In this document: in pieces, positions 28,200-36,773 of the stretch
How the letters are laid out: each line of letters opens with the position of its first letter
Position numbering within the stretch: position 1 is the stretch's first letter
Virus record (IMG/VR): IMGVR_UViG_3300017774_001647
Location: 1-40,604 of that record
DNA length: 40,604 bases
DNA from: a virus
Taxonomy: Duplodnaviria > Caudoviricetes
Direction: 5' to 3' (one strand)
Translations under genes and position numbers: made by a program
Notes under the pieces: model-generated
What the model was told of the DNA's origin: nothing
Seen by the model: only the letters and a program-made list of their open reading frames with translations
Databases searched by the model: none

Positions 28200-28408
28200 A
28201 TCTACTAGAAGTATTATCTGATACTGTAAATGTAAACTACTATCAAAAGTTATTAGATTTAAACTCAAAAATATCAATAACTCAAAGGAAATACTTACAA
28301 GGAGTCCTAGATAGTATAAAAAATAAGGAAGGTAAAACAACTCCAAAACAGTACGAGATACTTCAAAAAATAAAAAAAGGAGATTTTTCCTATCATTCTA
28401 AGAATTAA
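28196..28408 (+). CDS. Small basic hypothetical protein
   Basis: 70 aa, starts MNLLE, ATGA overlap, followed by a terminator. Confidence 0.5.
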   Translation: MNLLEVLSDTVNVNYYQKLLDLNSKISITQRKYLQGVLDSIKNKEGKTTPKQYEILQKIKKGDFSYHSKN

Positions 28409-28416
28409 ATATAAAG

Positions 28417-28452
28417 AAACCTTACATTTTTTGTGAGGTTTTTTTGTTTTTT
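28417..28452 (+). terminator. Intrinsic terminator
   Basis: AAACCTTACA-TTTTT-TGTGAGGTTT followed by a T-tract. Confidence 0.75.
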
Positions 28453-28464
28453 GAAAATTGTAGG

Positions 28465-28472
28465 TATTTATA
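28465..28472 (+). promoter_or_regulatory. TATTTATA putative late promoter of the scaffold-capsid operon
   Basis: Immediately after the terminator, followed by a ~97-nt leader. Confidence 0.55.
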
Positions 28473-28569
28473 TATGAATATGCTATTACTATATAGTATT
28501 TTTTAAAACACAAACCCCTATTATAGTCCGCATTCGCACCATTGACTATAGGAACCCCAAAACTATTTT

Positions 28570-29649
28570 ATGAATAACAAAAAACTATTTGAAGAGGCGA
28601 TTGCTGAGGCTAAGTCTATTCGAGAAGCTGCTATTGCAAATGCAAAAGAGGCACTTGAAGAGTCACTTACCCCGCAAATCAAAGAACTTCTTGCTCAGCG
28701 ATTAACTGAATTGGAAGAAGAAGAAATTCCCGTAATGGAGGAAGAAGAAGAAGGAGCAGAAGAAGCTGGCGAAGAAGAAGCTGGTGAAGAAACTGAAGAA
28801 GATATGGATATTGAAGATATGTCCGTAGAAGAATTGAAAGCTCTAATTAGAGACATTGTAGGTCAGATGGTTGATCAAGATGGCGATGGCGATCACGACA
28901 CGGAAGATCACGAAATGGATGACATGGGTATGGAAGAGCCTGCAGGCGAAGAAGCCCCTGAAGATGAAGAAATAGATCTTGAAGAATTACTTGCTGAACT
29001 ATATTATGAAGAAGAAGATACTACGATGGAAAATAAAAAATCAATGATGAAAGAACCTATTCAAGAAATCGGTGAGAATGATCTAGCTGGATTGATATCT
29101 ATATTAGCCGCTGGTGGAGTCGTTGCCGGTTCTTACGCATACGCAAAAATAGTAGACTTCTTAAAATCAGGCAAGGCCAGTCCACAAGCCAAAAAATTAG
29201 GTAGTCCACTAGTAAAGTTTGATGATGAGGCAACAGGCGCAGCTAAAGCAGCGGGAACTAATGAACCTAGAGTTTCAGAAACCGAGCTTAACGAAGCCAA
29301 GAAGACTATCAAGAAGTTAACAGAAGGATTGCGAGAAGTAAATTTACTAAACGCAAAATTACTTTATGTAAACAAGGTGATGAAAGAGAATAAGAATCTT
29401 TCTGACAGCCAAGTAGCAAATGTAATTAGCACTTTCGACAAAGCAGCCACAGTAAAAGAGGCTAAATTGGTATACGAAAGCATATCAACTACTTTCAAAA
29501 AAGGAGTAAAAGCACAAGTTGCAGAATCTAGAGTTAAAGGTATTGCTTCTAAGTCTACAGGTGCTGCCGTTAAAACTCCTCAAGTAATCGCAGAAGTTTC
29601 TGATGCGGTAAAGAGAATGCAAAAATTAGCTGGAATTATTAAAAATTAA
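28570..29649 (+). CDS. Prohead scaffolding protein (T4 gp22-like position)
   Basis: Acidic coiled coil directly upstream of the major capsid gene; C-terminal RMQKLAGI. Confidence 0.8.
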   Translation: MNNKKLFEEAIAEAKSIREAAIANAKEALEESLTPQIKELLAQRLTELEEEEIPVMEEEEEGAEEAGEEEAGEETEEDMDIEDMSVEELKALIRDIVGQMVDQDGDGDHDTEDHEMDDMGMEEPAGEEAPEDEEIDLEELLAELYYEEEDTTMENKKSMMKEPIQEIGENDLAGLISILAAGGVVAGSYAYAKIVDFLKSGKASPQAKKLGSPLVKFDDEATGAAKAAGTNEPRVSETELNEAKKTIKKLTEGLREVNLLNAKLLYVNKVMKENKNLSDSQVANVISTFDKAATVKEAKLVYESISTTFKKGVKAQVAESRVKGIASKSTGAAVKTPQVIAEVSDAVKRMQKLAGIIKN

Positions 29650-29670
29650 ATTAAATTAGAAATTATAAAA

Positions 29671-31254
29671 ATGAACGTAAATCAATTACTAGAAAGCTCT
29701 AATACATATAAGAGCATGCTTAACGAAGCCGCAGGCTTTGCTAAGAAATGGGAGCAGTCCGGCCTTTTGGAAGGACTTGCTGAGAGAGACAAAGTACAAA
29801 TGGCTCTTATCTTGGAAAACCAAGCTAAGCAGTTAGTAGTCGAGCAGTCCTCAAACAACTCTGGCGGTGCCACCTTTGGCAGTGGAGGAACAGGTGAGCA
29901 GTGGGCAGGTATTGCTCTTCCACTTGTAAGAAAAGTATTCGCTGAAATCTCTTCTAAGGATTTCGTATCTGTACAACCAATGAACCTTCCTTCTGGTCTA
30001 ATTTTCTATCTAGACTTTAAGTACGGAACTGCGGTAAATGGCAGAGCTGCGGGCGATAGCATGTACGGTAACGTATCTTTTGGTGATGACAAGATGCTTG
30101 TTGACGAAGAAGTAGCTGGTGGTCTTTATGGCGCCGGTCAGTTTGGATATTCTATTAACCAAACATCTTCTGTAGCTCAGGTAACTGGTCAAGCTGCCAA
30201 CTCTGCATCTATTGCTTATCAGGATGGAACTAACCCTTCTGCTTTCTGGGTATTCGGTGTTAGTTTATCTGGTAAAGGATTTGATGCTGAAGGTATTCGT
30301 GCTTTCCGTCTTAAGAACTCTGCGGGTACTGATATCACTACTAACCCTGAATTGACTACTGTAGCTAGTAACACTGTATCTTTCGTAGTAGCTAAGGCAA
30401 CTCAAGCATCTGCAGCTTTGACTGGATCTATTATTTTCCACAAGCAGCCTGTTGACAACCAAAGAGGTGACTTCGAAGATAATCCTGCTGGAACAATTTC
30501 TATTCCTGAGTTGAACATCGAATTGAAGTCTGAAGCTATCGTTGCTAAGACTCGTAAATTGAAGGCTCAGTGGACTCCAGAATTTGCACAAGATCTTTCT
30601 GCATATCAGTCTGTTGATGCTGAAGCTGAATTGACTTCTTTGCTTTCTGAGTACATTTCTATGGAAATCGATCTTGAAATACTTGACATGTTGATCAAAG
30701 GTGCCGCTACTACCGAAAGATGGTCTGCTGTATCTAACAAAGTATGGAACGGTACTACTTGGGTAACCAACGGAGTTGACGCTGGAGGATTTTACAACAC
30801 TCAGGGCCAGTGGTTCCAAACTATTGGTACTAAGATGCAAAAGGTATCTAACAAGATTCACCAGAAGACTCTTCGTGGTGGTGCTAACTTCCTTATCTGT
30901 TCTCCATCTGTTGCAACTATTTTGGAATCTATTCCTGGATATGCTGCTGACACTAATGGTGACAAGATGGAATTCGCAATGGGCGTACAGAAAGTAGGTT
31001 CTTTGAACTCTCGATTCAAAGTATACAAGAATCCATACATGACTGAAAACGTAATCTTGATGGGTTACAAAGGATCTCAGTTCTTGGAAACTGGTGCAGC
31101 TTATGCTCCATACATTCCATTGATCATGACTCCACTTGTGTATGACCCTACTACATTTACTCCTCGTAAGGGTGTAATGACCAGATACGCAAAGAAAATG
31201 ATCAGACCAGAATTTTACGGTAAAATTTTCGTAAGCGATTTGGCTACAGTATAA
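29671..31254 (+). CDS. Major capsid protein (T4 gp23-like)
   Basis: ILENQ, VQPMNLPSGLIFYL, AKTRKLKAQWTPEFAQDL, YAPYIPL, FTPRKGVMTRY. Codon bias looks high-expression. Confidence 0.96.
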   Translation: MNVNQLLESSNTYKSMLNEAAGFAKKWEQSGLLEGLAERDKVQMALILENQAKQLVVEQSSNNSGGATFGSGGTGEQWAGIALPLVRKVFAEISSKDFVSVQPMNLPSGLIFYLDFKYGTAVNGRAAGDSMYGNVSFGDDKMLVDEEVAGGLYGAGQFGYSINQTSSVAQVTGQAANSASIAYQDGTNPSAFWVFGVSLSGKGFDAEGIRAFRLKNSAGTDITTNPELTTVASNTVSFVVAKATQASAALTGSIIFHKQPVDNQRGDFEDNPAGTISIPELNIELKSEAIVAKTRKLKAQWTPEFAQDLSAYQSVDAEAELTSLLSEYISMEIDLEILDMLIKGAATTERWSAVSNKVWNGTTWVTNGVDAGGFYNTQGQWFQTIGTKMQKVSNKIHQKTLRGGANFLICSPSVATILESIPGYAADTNGDKMEFAMGVQKVGSLNSRFKVYKNPYMTENVILMGYKGSQFLETGAAYAPYIPLIMTPLVYDPTTFTPRKGVMTRYAKKMIRPEFYGKIFVSDLATV

Positions 31255-31276
31255 TCTTATACCTTAGGATTAATTT

Positions 31277-31307
31277 AAAGAGGGGGCCTTTTAGGCCCTC
31301 TTTTTTT
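31277..31307 (+). terminator. Intrinsic terminator after the major capsid gene
   Basis: AAAGAGGGGGCCT-TTT-AGGCCCTC followed by T7. Confidence 0.88.
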
Positions 31308-31356
31308 GTATTAACCTATATTATTAGTATATTTATAATAAATTAAATATAGATTT

Positions 31357-32043
31357 ATGTCAAGTAATAGTTACAGCGATGAGGTTTTTATTCAGAAGAG
31401 AAGACCTAAGGGGCCAATCAAGTTTAATATTCAATTAAATGAGGAGCAGAAAAGGGTAAAAGCTACTATTTTAGCTAATCCAATAACAGTTTTGAAGGGA
31501 AACGCAGGTAGTGGTAAGACGTTATGTGCTGCTCAAGCAGGTTTAGATTTACTTTTCCAAAAGGAAGTTGAGAAGATAGTCATAACTAGGCCTACGGTAT
31601 CAAGGGAGGACATAGGATTTTTACCAGGTGACATAAAGGAAAAGATGGACCCATGGCTCGCTCCAATTTATCATAATCTATATGCATTATATTCTAAGGA
31701 GAAGATAGAAAAAGAATTAGAGCTGGGTAATATAGAGATTGTACCTTTTGCGTTTTTACGTGGCCGTACATTTCTTAATTCTTTTGTGATAGTGGATGAG
31801 GCACAGAACGTAACACATCCTCAGATGGAGGCTATTTTAGGTAGACTAGGTACTGGATCTAAGATGGTTATCTGTGGTGATTTATCTCAAGTAGATTTAA
31901 AGGATAAGAGAGAATCTGGATTTTCGTTTCTTGCAAGGATAGAGGAGCATGTTCCTGGGTTTAAGATTGAAACTCTTAAGCAGAACCACAGACATGAGAT
32001 TGTACCTCCAGTATTAGATGTATATCAAACCTTTAGGGATTAA
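31357..32043 (+). CDS. phoH: PhoH-family ATPase
   Basis: GNAGSGKT, ITRP, IGFLPGDIKEKMDPW, LRGRTF, VDEAQN, GDLSQVD. TATTTATA at 31330-37. Confidence 0.93.
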   Translation: MSSNSYSDEVFIQKRRPKGPIKFNIQLNEEQKRVKATILANPITVLKGNAGSGKTLCAAQAGLDLLFQKEVEKIVITRPTVSREDIGFLPGDIKEKMDPWLAPIYHNLYALYSKEKIEKELELGNIEIVPFAFLRGRTFLNSFVIVDEAQNVTHPQMEAILGRLGTGSKMVICGDLSQVDLKDKRESGFSFLARIEEHVPGFKIETLKQNHRHEIVPPVLDVYQTFRD

Positions 32044-32125
32044 TATAAACTACTAAATACTACCATATCAGTAGTTATGGGTTTAAACAATAAAGTTATC
32101 TATTTATTTATATAGTTTAATTGAT

Positions 32126-33280
32126 ATGGCGAACGTACAAATTTGGACCGAACAAACTACCTTTACTACGGGAAGTACTCCATTCGGATATTATGATAGT
32201 GATGCTCAATTCGCACAGGATGCAAACAAGGTAGCTAAATTTTGTGCTACTAGACTAGGATATCCACTTATGGATGTGGAATTGCAAGGAGTATCATTTT
32301 ATGCTTGTTTTGAAGAGGCGGTTTCTACTTATGCATCTGAGTTATATCAATTTAAGATTAGAGAAAATTATCTTAACTTAGAGGGTAGCTCTGCTTATAC
32401 TTCTCTTAATAATGAATTAGTAAGACCTAATCTTAATAGTATTATTGAGATTTCTAAGTATTATGGAACAGAGGCTGGAGTAAATGGCGTTGTGACAAAA
32501 TATACAGGATCACTTGATCTTATAAAAAATAAACAAAATTACAATTTAAACGATTGGGCAACCGGAAAAGGAATAGTAGGTGGTATAGAAATAAGAAAGA
32601 TATTTTACCAAGCACCTCCAGCTATTACAAGATTCTTTGATCCATATGCAGGCACAGGTACTGGAGTACAAGGCTTAATGGATCAATTTGGATTTGGTTC
32701 GTTATCCCCAGGAATTAACTTTTTGCTGATGCCTGCCTCTTTTGATTTAATGAAGATACAGGGTATTGAGTTTAACGATCAAATAAGAAGGTCTGCTTAT
32801 ACTTTTGAGCTTGTCAATAATCAATTAAAGGTATTCCCAATACCCCTTACAGATGGGTATCTTTATTTTGAATACTTTAAATCCAGAGAAAAGAGAGATT
32901 CTGGTATTATAGATGGTGGATCTGGTCAATCTAGGTTAATTACTGATGTATCTAATGTACCTTATGAAACTGTCACCTATACCAATTTAAACGCCGTTAG
33001 CAGGCAGTGGATATTTAGGTATACATTAGCCTTAACTAGAGAGTTATTGGCTTACATTCGAGGTAAATACACTACAGTACCAATACCTGGGGCGGAGACC
33101 ACATTAAACCAACAAGATTTATTAAATGATTCAAGATCGGAAAAGACAGAGTTGTTAACTCAGTTGAGAGAAATGCTAGGTGAATCATCAAGAAGGAATC
33201 AATTACAGAGACAGGCTGAGGAAGCAGAATCTGCAAATAAAATTTTAAAAGAAGTGCCATTTAAAATATACGTAGGATGA
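32126..33280 (+). CDS. Neck/head-tail connector protein (gp13-like)
   Basis: RLGYPLMDVEL, WIFRYTLAL...RGKY..VPIPG...LN. Position after the capsid gene. TATTTATA at 32105-12. Confidence 0.75.
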   Translation: MANVQIWTEQTTFTTGSTPFGYYDSDAQFAQDANKVAKFCATRLGYPLMDVELQGVSFYACFEEAVSTYASELYQFKIRENYLNLEGSSAYTSLNNELVRPNLNSIIEISKYYGTEAGVNGVVTKYTGSLDLIKNKQNYNLNDWATGKGIVGGIEIRKIFYQAPPAITRFFDPYAGTGTGVQGLMDQFGFGSLSPGINFLLMPASFDLMKIQGIEFNDQIRRSAYTFELVNNQLKVFPIPLTDGYLYFEYFKSREKRDSGIIDGGSGQSRLITDVSNVPYETVTYTNLNAVSRQWIFRYTLALTRELLAYIRGKYTTVPIPGAETTLNQQDLLNDSRSEKTELLTQLREMLGESSRRNQLQRQAEEAESANKILKEVPFKIYVG

Positions 33281-33585
33281 TATCAAAAAGACTATTGTCG
33301 GAAATGGAAGCATATTCTATGTATCGTGTTATAACTAGATTTACACATACGGAAGATATTACTGTTCAAGAGCTAGGTAACTTACTAAGGGCTGTAGAAG
33401 GCGTAGTTACTATAGTACAGGTAGACCATGATTTTTATAAGAAAACTGCTGTGATGAAGATTAAAGTAATTACAAATCAAAATCCACAGGTAGCTTTAAA
33501 GAATTTTAAAGTTAGATCATTGAGGTCAATACCATCTTTAAAAAGAGTAGAGTTCGCAATGAATACTATAACCAAGGAAGGATAA
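33277..33585 (+). CDS. Small hypothetical protein (ferredoxin-like alpha/beta pattern) with short leader
   Basis: MISKRLLSE; LRAVEGVVTIV. Confidence 0.5.
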   Translation: MISKRLLSEMEAYSMYRVITRFTHTEDITVQELGNLLRAVEGVVTIVQVDHDFYKKTAVMKIKVITNQNPQVALKNFKVRSLRSIPSLKRVEFAMNTITKEG

Positions 33586-34070
33586 TGATATTTGGAAGTA
33601 AAAGTGATTTGTCTTTGTTTACAAATATAAACAGGGAGTTATTAAGGGATGTTGTTGAGCAGGAGATTTTATATTATAAGATTTCTTTAAGCGGCACGGC
33701 TAGTAACTTGTATGGTGAGTCTCTTGAAAAAACTTTTATGATTCCAAGTAAGCTGAATTGTTTAATTACTAGAGGAGATCAAATTGTATCTGTGGATGAT
33801 TTTGGCCCTGATTTAAATAGAGCGGCATCTTTTGCATTTTTAAGAGAGGACTTGTCTGACATTGAGGTAGTACCAGAAATAGGTGATGTGGTTGAGTGGC
33901 ACAATGATTTTTATTTAGTAGACACTGTGAGAGAAAATCAATTGTTTCTAGGTAGGGATAATAATTATAATCTAACGAATTACGGAAATCAATTTGGAGG
34001 ATCTATTTCCATAATTGTGGATTGCCATTTGACAAGAGCGGATTTGGTAGGAATAAGAAAAGTAAGATGA
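33585..34070 (+). CDS. Head completion/neck protein (gp14-like)
   Basis: NLYGES..K.F and VPEIGDVVEW; follows the gp13-like gene. Confidence 0.65.
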   Translation: MIFGSKSDLSLFTNINRELLRDVVEQEILYYKISLSGTASNLYGESLEKTFMIPSKLNCLITRGDQIVSVDDFGPDLNRAASFAFLREDLSDIEVVPEIGDVVEWHNDFYLVDTVRENQLFLGRDNNYNLTNYGNQFGGSISIIVDCHLTRADLVGIRKVR

Positions 34071-34336
34071 AAATAACAGATATTATACTAGAGAGTGATA
34101 GATTTCAAACAATACAGACTGGGGAAGACCCTGAGACTGGTAAAATATCTTGGAATGTAGTACCCACTCCTTCTGTTAGTTTGAATAATAACTTGGACCA
34201 AGTGTATGCGGATTTTTTAAAGTTTGCTGCACAGAATCCAAATGATGTTCTTCTAGAAAAATATCTACAGAATTTTAAAAATTTAAAACAGGCTCTTAGA
34301 TCACATATGACTAAGAAATATTCTAAAAGAAAGTAA
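34067..34336 (+). CDS. Small protein with leader (start corrected to 34067)
   Basis: ATGA overlap gives MKITDIILE; DPETGKISWNV. Confidence 0.6.
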   Translation: MKITDIILESDRFQTIQTGEDPETGKISWNVVPTPSVSLNNNLDQVYADFLKFAAQNPNDVLLEKYLQNFKNLKQALRSHMTKKYSKRK

Positions 34337-35175
34337 TGGCAGGACCAAAAGGCAAGACTCAAAAAGAGATTTCACAGTCCCTAATAAATCCATATTTGGA
34401 TAGTAGGGGCACTATGCCTACGGTTGATAATAAGGCTAGGGAGAATCAAAGGTCAGTAGACCCAGATGATCCTAAGCAGCTTACTTTAGGATTACAAGAT
34501 ATTGATGAGGCTATATTTTACTATTTTAATAATGTAATAAAGCCTACTGTATTTCAAAATGGAGAGCTTATAAAAGTACCTGTTATGTATGGTGCACCTG
34601 AGCTGTGGTCTGCTGTACAAAAGGATGGTGCTGTTAGGGATAAGAATGGCAAGATACAAGCTCCTTTAATTGTAATCAAAAGGGACACTATTGAAAGAAA
34701 TAGAAATCTAGGCCATAAGATTGATGCCAATAGCCCGATTCATTTCGGCGTATTTGAAAATAAGTATACCAAAAAGAATGCGTATGGTAGATTTGACATA
34801 TTGCAGAATAGGGTTCCAGAGAGACAATACTTTGGGGTTATCATGCCTGACTTTGTAAACATCACATACTCATGTGTTATATTCACAAATTACGTTACAC
34901 ATATGAACACCTTGATAGAAGGGATAAATTTTGCATCAGATTCATATTGGGGGCAGCCTGAGAAATTTCAATTTAATACAGTGATAGACCAATTTAGTCC
35001 TACTGTAGAAGTTGTTCAAGGGCAGGATAGAGTTGTAAAAACTTCAACTTCTTTAAAATTACTTGGACATATTATTCCATCTACTATTAATTCCCATATT
35101 GGTAATGTAAATAAGTTTTATTCAAAGTCAAGTATTAGTTTCGGTGTAGAAACCGCAATACTGCCTAAAAAATAA
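34336..35175 (+). CDS. Tail terminator/sheath-stabiliser (gp15-like)
   Basis: IKVPVMYGAPE.W, PLIVIKR, PDFVNITY; gp13-gp14-gp15 gene order. Confidence 0.65.
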   Translation: MAGPKGKTQKEISQSLINPYLDSRGTMPTVDNKARENQRSVDPDDPKQLTLGLQDIDEAIFYYFNNVIKPTVFQNGELIKVPVMYGAPELWSAVQKDGAVRDKNGKIQAPLIVIKRDTIERNRNLGHKIDANSPIHFGVFENKYTKKNAYGRFDILQNRVPERQYFGVIMPDFVNITYSCVIFTNYVTHMNTLIEGINFASDSYWGQPEKFQFNTVIDQFSPTVEVVQGQDRVVKTSTSLKLLGHIIPSTINSHIGNVNKFYSKSSISFGVETAILPKK

Positions 35176-35212
35176 AAATTACAATAGAGTAATTACAGAA
35201 TATTTATTACCA

Positions 35213-35617
35213 ATGGGAATAGTATTAAGAAGAGTTAAAGGGACCTCCCTTACATATGATGAAATGGATGGCAACTTCTCACAGTTTGCTTATTCAGGAT
35301 CTATAGTAAGGGGCGTAAATCAGCATACCATAGCGCTACACTACACAGGTAGTGCGGGGTTGGGGTATGTACCTAGATCGCAGTCTATAGATGTAACACC
35401 ATTTCCGTTTATAGGTGAGGCAAAAATAACAGGGTCTCTTACAATAAATCTTACATCTGCTACAAGTTCTTTTAGTATATCTGTATCTGGAAATAAAAAA
35501 ATAGAAGTTAATAATGCAGGAACATTAGTACTATCACCTCAAACTTCACCGCCTACAGCAATATCTGGTGGTATTTATTATGGTATTGACAATAATTATT
35601 ATTTAGGACATCAATAA
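35213..35617 (+). CDS. Short fibre/baseplate-anchor protein
   Basis: LRRVKGTSLTYDEMDGNF resembles a fibre-anchor N-terminus. TATTTAT at 35201-07. Confidence 0.55.
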   Translation: MGIVLRRVKGTSLTYDEMDGNFSQFAYSGSIVRGVNQHTIALHYTGSAGLGYVPRSQSIDVTPFPFIGEAKITGSLTINLTSATSSFSISVSGNKKIEVNNAGTLVLSPQTSPPTAISGGIYYGIDNNYYLGHQ

Positions 35618-35634
35618 AAAATAAAAGTTACAAA

Positions 35635-35853
35635 ATGGGACTTATAAGCAAAATATACAAAGCAAAGGAAACTCCTGCAGTTGTGTCTCCTCCAGTAGAA
35701 CAGTTTGAATCAACTGAGGAAGTAGTATTAACAGATCAAGAAGTTGATTTTATATTACTCAAATTAAGAGAATCTACTTATAAAGGTCATGAATTTGAAA
35801 AGTATGCTACAATCTATAGTAAGCTATCAACACACATTTTAAAAAATAGGTAA
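35635..35853 (+). CDS. Small hypothetical protein (fibre chaperone candidate)
   Basis: 72-aa helical ORF between fibre genes. Confidence 0.45.
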   Translation: MGLISKIYKAKETPAVVSPPVEQFESTEEVVLTDQEVDFILLKLRESTYKGHEFEKYATIYSKLSTHILKNR

Positions 35854-35913
35854 AAGAAGTGCTATTTATTAGTATAAACTAAACTACGCTAATTTTTTTT
35901 AGTACAGACAGAT

Positions 35914-36687
35914 ATGGCAAATTGGAAGAAAATAATTGTTAGTGGGTCTAACGCACATCTAAATCAAATAACATCCTCGGTATTAACTGATAATAACTTA
36001 GTTATTGCCGGTCCAGGTGGTGCATTAGAAAATAGTGGATTAACCCTTAATGCAGGTGTACTAAACGCACAAGGTAACTCTATTGTATCAACTGGTACGG
36101 GCACTTCACTAACAGGTTCCTTTTCTGGTTCATTTATAGGAAATGGATCACTATTAACAGGGCTAGTTACTACTCTAGATGTATCAGGATCTAACGGTAC
36201 AGCTATTTCAATTGATCTTAAGACTCAAGACTTAACAATTACAGGTACAGCTAACGAGATTGAAACATCTGCTGCTGGTACTACGGTAACAATCGGTTTA
36301 CCAAATGATGTAACTATTGGTAATAACTTAACGGTTACAGGAGATTTAACAGTTAATGGTACAACTACCACTGTAAATACTACGAACCTTCTTATAGAAG
36401 ATAAGTTTATATTACTAAATTCAGGATCATCTAACCCAGATGAGGGCGGTCTTGTTATTGATGAGGGAAGTGGAACTGGTCATGCTTTAATTTATGAAGC
36501 CGATGCAGGAATTCAAAGATGGGGATTCAATCAATCAGTATCTGGGACCGCATCTACTGCTAATACAACTGCTTATGCAGCTGCAGTATTAGACCTTACT
36601 AATGGTAACCATACTGATATAGCTGAATATCAGAAAACTGGTAACTTAAAAGTGGATAATAGTGGAGATATTTATGTTTGGGCTTAA
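35914..36687 (+). CDS. Fibre/whisker-type structural protein
   Basis: MANWKKIIVSGS, GSFSGSF, GNNLTVTGDLTVNGTTTTVNTTNLLIEDK. TATTTAT at 35863-69. Confidence 0.7.
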   Translation: MANWKKIIVSGSNAHLNQITSSVLTDNNLVIAGPGGALENSGLTLNAGVLNAQGNSIVSTGTGTSLTGSFSGSFIGNGSLLTGLVTTLDVSGSNGTAISIDLKTQDLTITGTANEIETSAAGTTVTIGLPNDVTIGNNLTVTGDLTVNGTTTTVNTTNLLIEDKFILLNSGSSNPDEGGLVIDEGSGTGHALIYEADAGIQRWGFNQSVSGTASTANTTAYAAAVLDLTNGNHTDIAEYQKTGNLKVDNSGDIYVWA

Positions 36688-36761
36688 TAAGCTAAATATA
36701 CTATAATATCATTACTGAGAATAAATTCCAAAAATTAAAATAATCAACTCTTAATAACACC

Positions 36762-36769
36762 TATTTATA
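36762..36769 (+). promoter_or_regulatory. TATTTATA putative late promoter preceding the structured RNA
   Basis: Ends 4 nt before the predicted P1 stem. Confidence 0.5.
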
Positions 36770-36773
36770 ACTA

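Noticed and set aside
19904-31254. Inteins or introns in terL, portal or capsid genes
   Set aside because: The ORFs are continuous, of normal length and lack intein splice motifs.
9511-32076. Recurring ACTACTAA just after stop codons (9512, 18247, 32049)
   Set aside because: Only three copies of an AT-rich 8-mer in differing contexts; I cannot distinguish this from chance. Only the perfect inverted repeat at 18246 was kept.
14458-34066. Track start sites 14458, 15937, 19285 and 34022 (also 205)
   Set aside because: Stop-coupled or motif-preceded ATGs at 14488, 16012, 19468 and 34067 fit better. The ORF at 205 is open from base 1.
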